DNA of 64,000 nt, from assembly GCA_951406725.2 (NCBI GenBank), contig OX597819.1, forward strand, positions 72,912,001 through 72,976,000. Reading direction: 5' to 3'. Source of the DNA: Octopus vulgaris (taxonomy: Eukaryota). Each line of letters begins with the position of its first letter. Within the stretch, counting starts at the first letter, position 1. Shown one piece after another: positions 1 to 16,061 of the stretch. A model generated the notes under the pieces. That model had not been told where the DNA came from. It saw only the letters and a list, made by a program, of their open reading frames with translations, and searched no databases. A program made the translations under genes and the position numbers.

Positions 1-31
1 TACATACACACACATACATATATATATACAT

Positions 32-62
<31 letters not shown>

Positions 63-1823
63 CACACATACATATATATATACACACATACATATATATA
101 TACACACATATATATATATACACACACACACATATATATATATACACACATACATATATACACACACACATATATATATACACACATACATATATACACA
201 CACACATACATATATATACACACACACGTACATATATACACACACACGTACATATATACACACACATATATATATATATATACACACACACAGATATATA
301 TATATACACACATATATATATATACACACATATACATATATATATATACACACACATACACATATATATACACACATACATATATATATACACACATACA
401 TATATATACACACATACATATATATATATACACACACACACACACATATATATACACATACATATATATACATATACATATATGCACTTACACACGTATA
501 TAGACAAATATGTACATACATACATACATATATACATATATATATGCATACATACATATATACATATATATATGCATACATACATATATACATATATATA
601 TGCATACATACATATATACATATATACATACATATATACATATATATATGCATACATACATATATATATGCATACATACATATATATATGCATACATACA
701 TATATATATGTATACATACATATATATATGCATACATACATATATACATATATATATGCATACATACATATATACATATATACATACATATATACATATA
801 TATATGCATACATACATATATACATATATACATACATATATATATGCATACATACATATATACATATATATATGCATACATACATATATATATGCATGCA
901 TACATACATATATACATGTATATATGCATACATACATATATATATGCATGCATACATACATATATACATGTATATATGCATACATACATATATACATATA
1001 TATATGCATACATACATATATACATATATATATGCATACATACATATATACATGTATATATGCATACATACATATATACATATACATATGCATACATACA
1101 TATATACATGTATATATGCATACATACATATATACATATATATATGCATACATACATATATACATATATATATGCATACATACATATATACATATATATA
1201 TGCATACATACATATATACATACATACATATATATATGCATACATATATATATATACATACATGCATGTATATACATACATGCATGTATATACATATATA
1301 TATAATTATATACATATCATTTAACATCCGTTTTCCATATATAAGTATATACGTACATATATATACATATATGTATATACATATATGTATATACATACAA
1401 ATATGCATGCATATATATACATATATGCATGCATATATATACATATATGCATGCATATATATACATATATGCATGCATATATATATATATATGCATACAT
1501 ATATATACATATATGCATACATATATATACATATATGCATACATATATATACATATATGCATATATGCATACATATATATATATACATATATGCATACAT
1601 ATATATACATATATATACATATATGCATACATATATATACATATATGCATACATATATATACATATATGCATACATATATATACATATATGCATACATAT
1701 ATATACATATATGCATACATATATATACATATATGCATACATATATATACATATATGCATACATATATATACATATATGCATACATATATATACATATAT
1801 GCATACATATATATACATATATG

Positions 1824-1865
<42 letters not shown>

Positions 1866-1887
1866 TACATACATACATATATGCATA

Positions 1888-2250
1888 CATCATCATCACC
1901 ATCGTTTAATGTCCATTTTCCGTGCTAGCACAGGTTGGACGGTTCAACCAGGATCCAATGTAAGCACAGCAGGTCTTTCTGCAATCCAAAGTACTTTGGA
2001 TGGGCTGGCGCTATGCGAAACTGGTGCAAGAAGCAGCCCGGGTCTTTGCAGTCGCAGCATATCTCCAGAGATCTCGGTTTTTCGTCATTGCCTCTGTGAG
2101 GCCCAACGTTCGAACGTCATGCTTCACTACGTCATCCCATGTCTTCCCGCGTCTACCTTGATACCTTCAACTATTTGGGAGTGGCAATTCTTCTCACATC
2201 ATCCTCATCCATCCGCAGTACATGACCATACCAGCACAAACGTCTCTCGA
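1888..2250 (-). mobile_element. RTE-clade LINE 3' fragment with (GAT)n tail
   Basis: Starts with catcatcaccatcgtttaatgtcc (reverse complement of the GAT-repeat tail); 2080-2250 is homologous to the C-terminal coding part of the RTE copy at 10925-11160. Confidence 0.8.
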
Positions 2251-2430
2251 TTCTCAGACCGGGCGTTGTGTGTGTTTATTGAGCGAAAACACCTAAAAAA
2301 GCTCTACGAGGCTCCGGCAGGGGGTGGTGATCCCTGCTGTACTCTTTCACCACAATGGCGGTGCCCCAGCATGGCCACAGCTCAAGAGCTGATACTGGAA
2401 AAACAAAAAACAAAAAACAAAAAACAAAAT
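2247..2430 (+). mobile_element. 5'-truncated SINE-like element ending in the family-A LINE 3' tail plus (AAAAAAC)n
   Basis: B-box-like tcgattctcagaccggg at the start; ends atggcggtgccccagcatggccacagctcaagagctga, almost identical to the family-A 3' UTR; runs into (TA)n. Confidence 0.65.
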
Positions 2431-2488
<58 letters not shown>

Positions 2489-2508
2489 ATATATATATAT
2501 ATATACAC

Positions 2509-2586
<78 letters not shown>

Positions 2587-2587
2587 G

Positions 2588-2630
<43 letters not shown>

Positions 2631-3931
2631 GATTGATTGATTGATTCCAGTTTCAGCTTATGAGCTGTGGCCATGCTGGGGCACCGCCATTTGGTGTTGC
2701 TACTTGGTTTCACTTCATGGAGGCTTTCTAGCAACTGCTATTTGGTGCATGAGAGAGTTCGATGCAGCTGCCCTCATCTGCCCCTCCTGCCGTGAAGTTG
2801 GTTCATCTGGGACACCTGACAGGAAGAGATCCAGCTCCATTTTAAAGACATCTGTATCCACCCCATGCAGGTCTCTCAGGTTCATCGGGAGGATATTGAA
2901 GAGCTGTGGGCCTCGGAAGCCCAGGCTATCACAGAATCTTGTCCTACATCTTGATGGCAAGTTTGGAGTCCTAGGCACCACGCAGTGGCGCCCAGTTCTG
3001 GCGTTTGCGTAACTCTCGATGCCAAAGTTCAGGACACTTCCCTCCAGGATCTTCCAGATGTATATTATGGCATATCTTTCCCGCCTACGCTCCAGGGAAT
3101 ATAATTTTAATCTCTTGAGTCTTTCCCAGTAGCTTACATTCTGCATAGAGGCTATCTTCTTCGTGTAGCTTCGTTGGATCGCCTCAAGTTCTGTGATCAA
3201 CTTGACACTGGATGGTGACCATAGCTGGGAGCAATAGTCAAAGTGACTTAGGACAAGTGTCTTCCAGAGGACCATCATGGTTTCTTGTTCTCTTGTTCTA
3301 AAGGTTCTAAGAATCCATCCAGCCAGCCGTCTGCATTTCACTGTCAGTTTAGCAACATGTACATGAAAGGTCGCGTCATCACTCATGTGAATACCCAGGT
3401 CACGCACTGATTGTGCCTCTGGGATTGCAATCCCTCCGGGTCCAGTGTATTCCTTGGGTATTGCATTCAGTTTTGCATGCTGATAGTATAAAGCTTGAAA
3501 CTTTTCAGCATTGAACTGCATGCTATTCTTTTCAGCCCACTTGTATATTTCGTCCAGCTCATATTGCAGGTGCCTAGTGTCTTCAGGGTTCTGTATTGCC
3601 TGTGAAACTTTTGTATCATCTACATAACTTGTGATCGTGGCTCTCCGCGTGGCTGAGGGCATGTCTGAGAGGGCCATTATGAACAGTAGTGGTCCCAAAA
3701 CAGTGCCCTGTGGAACACCGCTCACTATTTGCGTGCTAATGGAAGTGGCCCCATTGGCTACTACCACCTGACTTCTATTCTTCAGAAAGTCGTGAAGCCA
3801 TTCTCCTAGTTTTCCAGCTATGCCAAGATCACGCAGTTTGTGACATATCATTCCATGATCGACTTTATCGAAGGCCTTTGCGAAGTCGAGATATATGACT
3901 TCCACATTTGAGTGGTTGAGCAGTTATTTCA
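2631..3931 (-). mobile_element. LINE family A copy A1 (CR1-group), 5'-truncated, RT and C-terminal region
   Basis: ORF 2715-3905 has [26 protein letters not shown] and YVDD (mutated YADD); (AATC)n tail at 2631-2645; both ends flanked by (TA)n. Confidence 0.95.
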
Positions 3932-3936
3932 TATAC

Positions 3937-3983
<47 letters not shown>

Positions 3984-4030
3984 TACATATATATATATAC
4001 ATATATATATATATACATATATATATATAC

Positions 4031-4305
<275 letters not shown>

Positions 4306-4323
4306 TATAATATATATATATAC

Positions 4324-4384
<61 letters not shown>

Positions 4385-4474
4385 CATATATATATATAAT
4401 ATATATATACATACATATATATATATATACATATATATATACATACATATATATATATACATATATATATATAC

Positions 4475-4505
<31 letters not shown>

Positions 4506-4518
4506 CATATATATATAC

Positions 4519-4599
<81 letters not shown>

Positions 4600-4633
4600 C
4601 ATATATATATATACATATATATATATATAATAC

Positions 4634-4808
<175 letters not shown>

Positions 4809-4813
4809 CATAC

Positions 4814-4890
<77 letters not shown>

Positions 4891-4891
4891 C

Positions 4892-5549
<658 letters not shown>

Positions 5550-5556
5550 TATATAC

Positions 5557-5589
<33 letters not shown>

Positions 5590-5632
5590 CATACATATAT
5601 ATATACATATATATATATACATATATATATAC

Positions 5633-5783
<151 letters not shown>

Positions 5784-5810
5784 CATACATATATATATAT
5801 ATATATATAC

Positions 5811-5859
<49 letters not shown>

Positions 5860-5870
5860 CATATATATAC

Positions 5871-6057
<187 letters not shown>

Positions 6058-6331
6058 TATACATATATATACATATATATATACATATATATATATACAT
6101 ATATATATACATATATATATACATATATATACATATATATATACATATATATATATACATATATATATACATATATATATATACATATATATATATACAT
6201 ATATATATATACATATATATATATACATATATATATATACATATATATATACATATATATATATACATATATATACATATATATATATTACATATATATA
6301 TACACATATATATATACATATATATATACAC

Positions 6332-6362
<31 letters not shown>

Positions 6363-6561
6363 CATATATATATACATATATATATATACATATATATATA
6401 CATATATATATATATACATATATATATACATATATATATATACATATATATATACATATATATATACATACATATATATATACATATATATATACATATA
6501 TATATATACATATATATGTATACATATATATATACATATATATATATACATATATATATAC

Positions 6562-6594
<33 letters not shown>

Positions 6595-6647
6595 CATATA
6601 TATATACATATATATATATACATATATATATACATATATATATATAC

Positions 6648-6678
<31 letters not shown>

Positions 6679-7521
6679 CATATATATATACATATATATA
6701 TATACATATATATATAGATACATATATATATACATATATATATACATATATATATACATATATATACATATATATATATACATATATATATACATACATA
6801 TATATACATATATATACATATATATATATACATATATATACATACATATATATACATATATATACATATATATATATACATATATATACATATATATATA
6901 TACATATATATACATATATATATATACATATATATACATATATATATACATATATATATACATATATATATATACATATATATATACATATATATATATA
7001 TACATATATATACATATATATATATACATATATATATACATATATATATATACATATATATATACATATATATATACATACATATATATATACATATATA
7101 TATACATATATATATATACATATATATATACATATATATATACATATATATATACATATATACATATATATATACATATATATATACATATATATATATA
7201 CATATATATATACATATATATATATACATATATATATACATATATATACATATATACATATATATATATACATATATATATATACATATATATACATATA
7301 TACATATACATATATATACATATATATATACATATATATACATATATACACATATATACATATATATATATATACATATATACATATATATACATATATA
7401 CATATACATATATATACATATATATATATACATATATATACATATATACACATATATACATATATATATATATACATATATACATATATATATATACATA
7501 TATACATATATACATATATAC

Positions 7522-7614
<93 letters not shown>

Positions 7615-7639
7615 CATATATATATATATACATATATAC

Positions 7640-7678
<39 letters not shown>

Positions 7679-7799
7679 CATATATATACATATATATATA
7701 TACATATATATATATACATATATACATATATATACATATATATACATATATATACATATATATATACATATACATATATATACATATATATATATATAC

Positions 7800-8216
<417 letters not shown>

Positions 8217-8259
8217 TATATATACATATATACATATATACATATACACATATACATAC

Positions 8260-8352
<93 letters not shown>

Positions 8353-8363
8353 CATATATATAC

Positions 8364-8408
<45 letters not shown>

Positions 8409-8605
8409 CATATATATATATACATACATATATATATATACATATATATATATACATATATATACATATATATATACATATATATATACATATATATACA
8501 TATATATATACATATATATACATACATATATATATATACATATATATATATACATACATATATATATATACATATACATATATATATATACATATATATA
8601 TATAC

Positions 8606-8662
<57 letters not shown>

Positions 8663-8669
8663 TATATAC

Positions 8670-8716
<47 letters not shown>

Positions 8717-8731
8717 CATATATATATATAC

Positions 8732-8783
<52 letters not shown>

Positions 8784-8905
8784 ACATATATACATATATA
8801 TATACATATATATATACATATATATACATATATATATATATATACATATATACATATATACATACATATACATATATACATATATATATATACATATATA
8901 TATAC

Positions 8906-8936
<31 letters not shown>

Positions 8937-8959
8937 CATATATATATACATATATATAC

Positions 8960-9026
<67 letters not shown>

Positions 9027-9073
9027 CATATATATATACATATATATATATATACATATATACATATATACAT

Positions 9074-9118
<45 letters not shown>

Positions 9119-9187
9119 TATACATATATATACATATATATATATATATATACATATATATACACATATATATACACATATATATAC

Positions 9188-9232
<45 letters not shown>

Positions 9233-9353
9233 TACATATATACATATATACATACATATATACATACATATATACATACATATATACATACATATATACA
9301 TACATATATATATATACATATATATATATACATATACATATATATATATATAC

Positions 9354-9386
<33 letters not shown>

Positions 9387-9708
9387 CATATATATACATA
9401 TATACAATATTATATATACATACAAATATATATATACATACAAATATTATATATACATACAAATATATATATATATACAAATATATATATATATATACAT
9501 ACATACAAATATATATATATATATACATATGTACATACAACTATAAATATATATACAAACACAAACATATATATATATATACATATGTACATACAACTAT
9601 AAATATATATACAAACACATACATACATATATATATACATATAACTATAAATATATATACAAACACATACATACATATATATATATAATTATATATATAT
9701 ATATATAT

Positions 9709-10690
9709 GGACTTGGTGTAGAATGGAGTTTCATGTTGTTACCCTCATTTGCACCTCTTGCAGTGAGGTAGGTTCATCTAGGACTCTCAACAGGAAGAAG
9801 TCCAGTTTAGATTTGAAAAAACCTACATCAACTTTGTGTAGCTCCCTCAGGCTCTTTTGGGAGAATATTAAAAAGCTGTGGGCCCCTGAAACCCAGGCTG
9901 TTGCAGTAACTGGTCCTGAAGTCCTATGGCATTCCTGGGATCTTTGGCAGTGTGCAATGTCGACCCATTCTGGCAATGGCATAGCTTTTAATGCCAAAAT
10001 TTGGCACAACTCGTTCCAGGGTCTTCCAGATGTATATTACTGCATATCTCTCCCGCCTTAGCTGTTTCAGCCATCCCCAGTAGTTGAGCTGTTGTAATGA
10101 GACAATCTTCTTTGCGAAGCTTCTCTGGATTGCTCCAAGGTCCACCGTTCATGTTACACTGTTGGGTGCCCAATGCTGGGAGCAGTAATCCAGGCTGGGG
10201 ACGAGTGTCCTCGTGAGAATCATCATGGTTTCCTTTTCTCTGGTTCTGAATGTTCTCAGGATCTATCCAGCCAGTCGTATGTGCTTTGTCGCCATCCTGG
10301 TAATGTACAATTGGAACGATGTATCATCACTCATGTCAATACCCAGGTCCCTCACTGATTTAGGCTGTGGGATTATAATCCCTTGTGAACCAGTGTACCC
10401 TGTAAGTTTCCTATTCAGTTTTGGACGCTGGTAGTGCAGGACTTGTAACTTTTCAGCATTAAACTGCATATTATTATCCTAAGCCCATCTGTAAATTGAG
10501 TCCAACTCCTGCTGTAAGTGTGCAACATCGCTGGGATTCTGTATTTTCTACAAGATTTCCGTTAAATCTGCGTAGCTAGCAAGGGTGGTTATCCAGGCAG
10601 TTGAGGGCCACTATGAAAAGCAGTGGTTCCAAGACAGTGGAACACCGGTCACTATTTGTGTTTTCATTGAGGTGGCTCCACTGTAACCAT
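9709..10690 (-). mobile_element. Degenerate older CR1-group LINE fragment related to families A and B (family C)
   Basis: Frameshifted pieces MQFNAEKLQVLHY..RDLGIDMS, RERYAVIYIWKTLE and FKSKLDFFLL; 3' tail absent. Confidence 0.85.
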
Positions 10691-10923
10691 TCAAAATGGA
10701 AGATAAAGTTCATTTTCTGAATGGTAAAATTTGAATTCCTTGAATGAAGTAAAAAGAAACCTTCATGAATTCTTTGCCATGAAACCACCACAATTCTGGG
10801 AAGTGGGTATTTTCAAATTAAAGAAAAGATGGAGACACATTGAACAACAAAATGGCTCATATTTGGTTGATTAAATATGTAATGGCAAGTATTTATTTAC
10901 TTTTTCTTCATTTGAAAATCGGG

Positions 10924-12105
10924 CTCACTTGTCCTGCCTGGTCTTCTCACGTACAGCATATTTCCAAAGGTCTCGGTCGCTGGTCATTTCCTCAGTGAGG
11001 CCTAAAGTTCGAAGGTCGTGCTTCACCACCTCGTCCCAGGTTTTCCTGGGTTTACCTCTTCCACGGGTTCCCTCAACTGCTAGGGATTGGCACTTTCTCA
11101 CACACCTATCTTCATCCATTCTCGCCACATGACCATACCAGCGCAATCGTCTCTCTTGCACACCACAACTGATGCTTCTTAGGTACAACATTTCTCTCAA
11201 GGTACTAATGCTCTGTCGAGTATGTACACTGACATTACACATCCATCGGAGCATACCGGCTTCATTCCTCACGAGCTTACGCATGTCCTCAGCAGTCACG
11301 GCCCATGTTTCACTGCCATGTAGCATGGCTGTTCGTACACATACATCATACAGTCTGCCTTTTACTCTGAGCGAGAGGCCTTTAGTCACCAGCAGAGATA
11401 AGAGCTCCCTAAACTTTGCCCAGGCTATTCTTATTCTAGCAGTTACACTTTCAGCGCACCCACCCCAACTACTGACTTGGTCACCTAGATAACGGAAGCT
11501 ATCAACTACTTCTAGTTTTTCCCCCTGGAAAGTGACGGAAGTTATTTTCTGCAGATTTTCGGAGGTTAATGCTCCCGAGCATCTGCCACATACAAAAACT
11601 ATCTTCCCAGTTAGCCTACCTTTGACATTGCTGCACCTCTTATGTGTCCATAGCTTACACTGGGTACATCTTATAGAGTTTTTAACTACTCCTTTTCTAC
11701 AGATCGAGCAGGGCCATCTTCCTGAAGACATTTGTGGATTGTCTACCTTCCTGCTTATTAGTACTTTGGTTTTAGCTAGGTTGACTCTAAGGCCCCCTCG
11801 ATTCTAAACCCTCCTTCCACACCTGGAACTTCTCCTCCAGTTCTGATAGTGACTCAGCAATTAGAGCAAGGTCGTCAGCATAGAGGAGCTCCCAGGTACA
11901 ACCTGTCTTGAATTCCTCCGTAATTGCCTGGAGGACTATGATAAATAGGAGGGGACTGAGTACTGAACCCTGGTGGACCCCAACCACTACTTTGAATTCT
12001 TCTGTGTACATGTTGCCAACCCTAACCTTACTTACGGCATCTCTGTACATGGCTTGCACAGTCCTCACCAGCCATTCATCAATCCCTAGTTTCCTCATTG
12101 ACCAT
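10924..12105 (-). mobile_element. RTE-clade LINE fragment (RT, PHD-like finger, C-terminus)
   Basis: GVHQGSVLSPLLF and LLYADDL motifs, then a Cys-rich finger, FRYLGD and RRLRWYGHV..RGRGKPRKTW; one frameshift near 11790. Confidence 0.92.
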
Positions 12106-12133
12106 ATATATATGAATATATATATAAATATAT

Positions 12134-14047
12134 GATTGATTGATTGATTGATTGATTCTAGTTTCAGCTCATGAGCTGTGGCCATGCTGGGGCACCGCCA
12201 TTTGGTTTTGCTACATGGTTTTACTTCATGAATGCCCTCTAGCAACTGCCATTTGGTGCATGAGAGAGTTTGATGCAGCTGCCCTCATCTGCACCTCCTG
12301 CCGTGAAGTTGGTTCATCTGGGATACCTGACAAGAGGAGATCCAGTTTAATTTTTAAAGACATCTGCATCCACCCCATGCAGGTCTCTTAGATTCTTCGG
12401 GAGGATATTGAAGAGCTGTGGGCCTCGGAAGCCCAGGCTATCACAGTATCTTGTCCTACATCTTGATGGCAAATTTGGAGTCCTAGGCACCACGCAGTGG
12501 CGCCCAGTTCTGGCATTTGTATAACTCTCGATGCCAAAGTTTGGGACAAGTCCCTCCAGGATCTTCCAGATGTATATTATGGCATATCTTTCTCGCCTAC
12601 ACTCCAAGGAATAGAGTTTTAATCTCTTGAGTCTTTCCCAGTAGCTCATATTCTGCATAGAGGCTATCTTCTTCGTGTAGCTACGTTGGATCGCCTCAAG
12701 TTCTGTGATCAACTTGACACTGGATGGTGACCATAGCTGAGAGCAATAGTCAAAGTGGCTTAGGACAGGTGTCCTCCAGAGGACCATCATGGTTTCTTGT
12801 TCTCTTGTTCTAAAGGTTCTGAGAATCCATCCGGCCAGTCGTCTACATTTCATTGCCAATTTAGCAACATGTACATGAAAGGTTGCGTCATCACTCATGT
12901 AAATACCCAGGTCACGCACTGATTGTGCCTCTGGGATTGCAATTCCTCCGGGTCCAGTGTATTCATTGGGTATTGCATTTCGTTTTGCATGCTGATAGTA
13001 TAAAGCTTGAAACTTTTCAGCATTGAACTGCATGCTATTCTTTTCAGCTCACTTGTATATTTTGTCCAGCTCACATTGCAGGCGTTTAGTGTCCTCAGGG
13101 TTCTGTATTGCCTGTGAAACTTTTGTATCATCTGCATAACTTGTGATCGTGGCTCTCTGCGTGGCTGAGGGCATGTCTGAGAGGGCCATTATGAACAGTA
13201 GTGGTCCCAAAACAGTGCCCTGCAGAATACCGCTCACTATTTGCATGTTAATGGAAGTGGCCCCATTGGCTACTACCACCTGACTTCTATCTTTCAGAAA
13301 GTCATGAATCCATTCTCCCAGTTTTCCAACTATGCTGAGATCACGCAGTTTGTGACATATCATACCATGATCGACTTTATCAAGGGCCTTTGCAAAGTCG
13401 AGATATATCACTTCCACATTTGAGTGGTTGAGCAGTCGTTCCAGCACCCAGTCATAGTGTTGTAGGAGCTGAGTTAAGCAGCTTCTCCCTGGTGGAAGCC
13501 ATGTTGGGTGTCAGGCAGCAAGTCATTTTCTTCAAGGAAGGTGATCAGTTTCCTTCTGACTATTCGTTCCATGATCTTGCTGATGTGTGAGGTCAGAGAG
13601 ATAGGTCTGTAGTTCTTGGCCTCCGCTCTGCTACCTCCTTTATGAATAGGGTATATTTTACCTTCCTTCAGTTTTCTTGGAAGTTTGCCAGCTGCAAGGA
13701 AGCTCTGAAAGAGGAACTGCAGTGGTCTTGCTAGGACTCTCTTACATACTTTTAGGAGGATTGCCGGGAATCTATCGGGGCCAGTAGCTGAGTCTGTTTT
13801 CATTTCATCTATAGCCTTTATTACATCGTCTTCCTTTATATCGATGTAATTTATCGTCGCCGCCTCTGATTTTATATCTGCAGTGATAAAGAAGTCAGTT
13901 GGATTGGTGATTTGGAAATGCCCAAGGGGTGGAGTGAAAACACTCTTGAATTGCTCATTCAGTATTTCACTTACCCTCATTGGTTTTCCTGTGTGTGTGC
14001 CATCCTTTTCAAGGAGTGGCCTTATCCTCCAGTGCACCATAGCTGTT
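12134..14047 (-). mobile_element. LINE family A copy A2, 5'-truncated, with frameshifts and stops
   Basis: ORF pieces 12347-13033, 13049-13447 and 13474-14047 match family A; (AATC)n tail; TA on both sides. Confidence 0.95.
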
Positions 14048-14107
14048 ATTTTTATATATAAATATATATATATATATATAAATATATATATATATAAATA
14101 TATATAT

Positions 14108-14251
14108 ATCATCATCATCATCGTTTAGCGTCCGTTTTCCATGCTAGCATGGGTTGGACGGTTCTACTGGGGTCTGTGAAGCCAGAAGGCTTCATCAGGC
14201 CCAGTCAAATCTGGCAGTGTTTCTACGGCTGGATGCCCTTCCTAACGCCAA
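14108..14251 (-). mobile_element. RTE-type 3' UTR/SINE fragment with (GAT)n tail inserted in (TA)n
   Basis: atcatcatcatcgtttagcgtccgttttccatgctagc..., matching 62471-62700 and 46725-46900. Confidence 0.85.
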
Positions 14252-14257
14252 TATATA

Positions 14258-14304
<47 letters not shown>

Positions 14305-14322
14305 ATATATATATATATATAA

Positions 14323-14360
<38 letters not shown>

Positions 14361-14397
14361 TATATATATATAAATATATAAATATATATATAAATAA

Positions 14398-14485
<88 letters not shown>

Positions 14486-14534
14486 TATAAATAATATATA
14501 TATATATATATAAATATATATATAAATATATATA

Positions 14535-14950
14535 CTCTTTTACTCTTTTACTTGTTTCAGCCATCCGGCTGAGGCCATGCTAGGGCACCGCCCTTGTTGC
14601 TACCCTCTCTAAGTCCAGTTTGCCGTGGCTGGCCACTGATCTAAGAGAGAGTTTGTAGCTGCCGCCCTTAGGTTACCTTCGTACCTTGCAGTGGGTTCAT
14701 CTGGGATCCCGGAAAGCAGCTTGTCTAGATGTTTTTTGAAAATGTCCACATCCGCATCATGCAGATCTCTCAGTTTTCTTGGCAGTTTGTTGAACAGCTG
14801 AGGGCACCTGAACCCCAGGCTATTACAGTATCTGCTCCTTACCCTGGATGTGGAAGACGGGACCTTTGGCACCACACAGTGACGTCCTGTACGGGGTCTG
14901 GAACAGCTCTCGATTCCAAAATTTGGTGCTAGTCCCTCCAGGATTTTCCA
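14535..14950 (-). mobile_element. LINE family D 3' fragment (CR1-group) with (TAAAAGAG)n tail
   Basis: Encodes [25 protein letters not shown], homologous to but distinct from A and B; shared 3' hairpin motif; TA-flanked. Confidence 0.9.
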
Positions 14951-14951
14951 T

Positions 14952-15018
<67 letters not shown>

Positions 15019-15076
15019 TAATATATATATGTATATATATATATATGGGGCATCCTAGTATATATATAAACGATGA

Positions 15077-15265
<189 letters not shown>

Positions 15266-15266
15266 A

Positions 15267-15300
<34 letters not shown>

Positions 15301-15307
15301 GTATATA

Positions 15308-16041
<734 letters not shown>

Positions 16042-16061
16042 TATATATAAATATATATATA

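Noticed and set aside
2641-3012. Recurrent 123-aa antisense ORF (also 16078-16449 and 20899-21270)
   Set aside because: Recurs only because the LINE copies are nearly identical; it starts at a non-ATG codon in the tail and is broken in A2.
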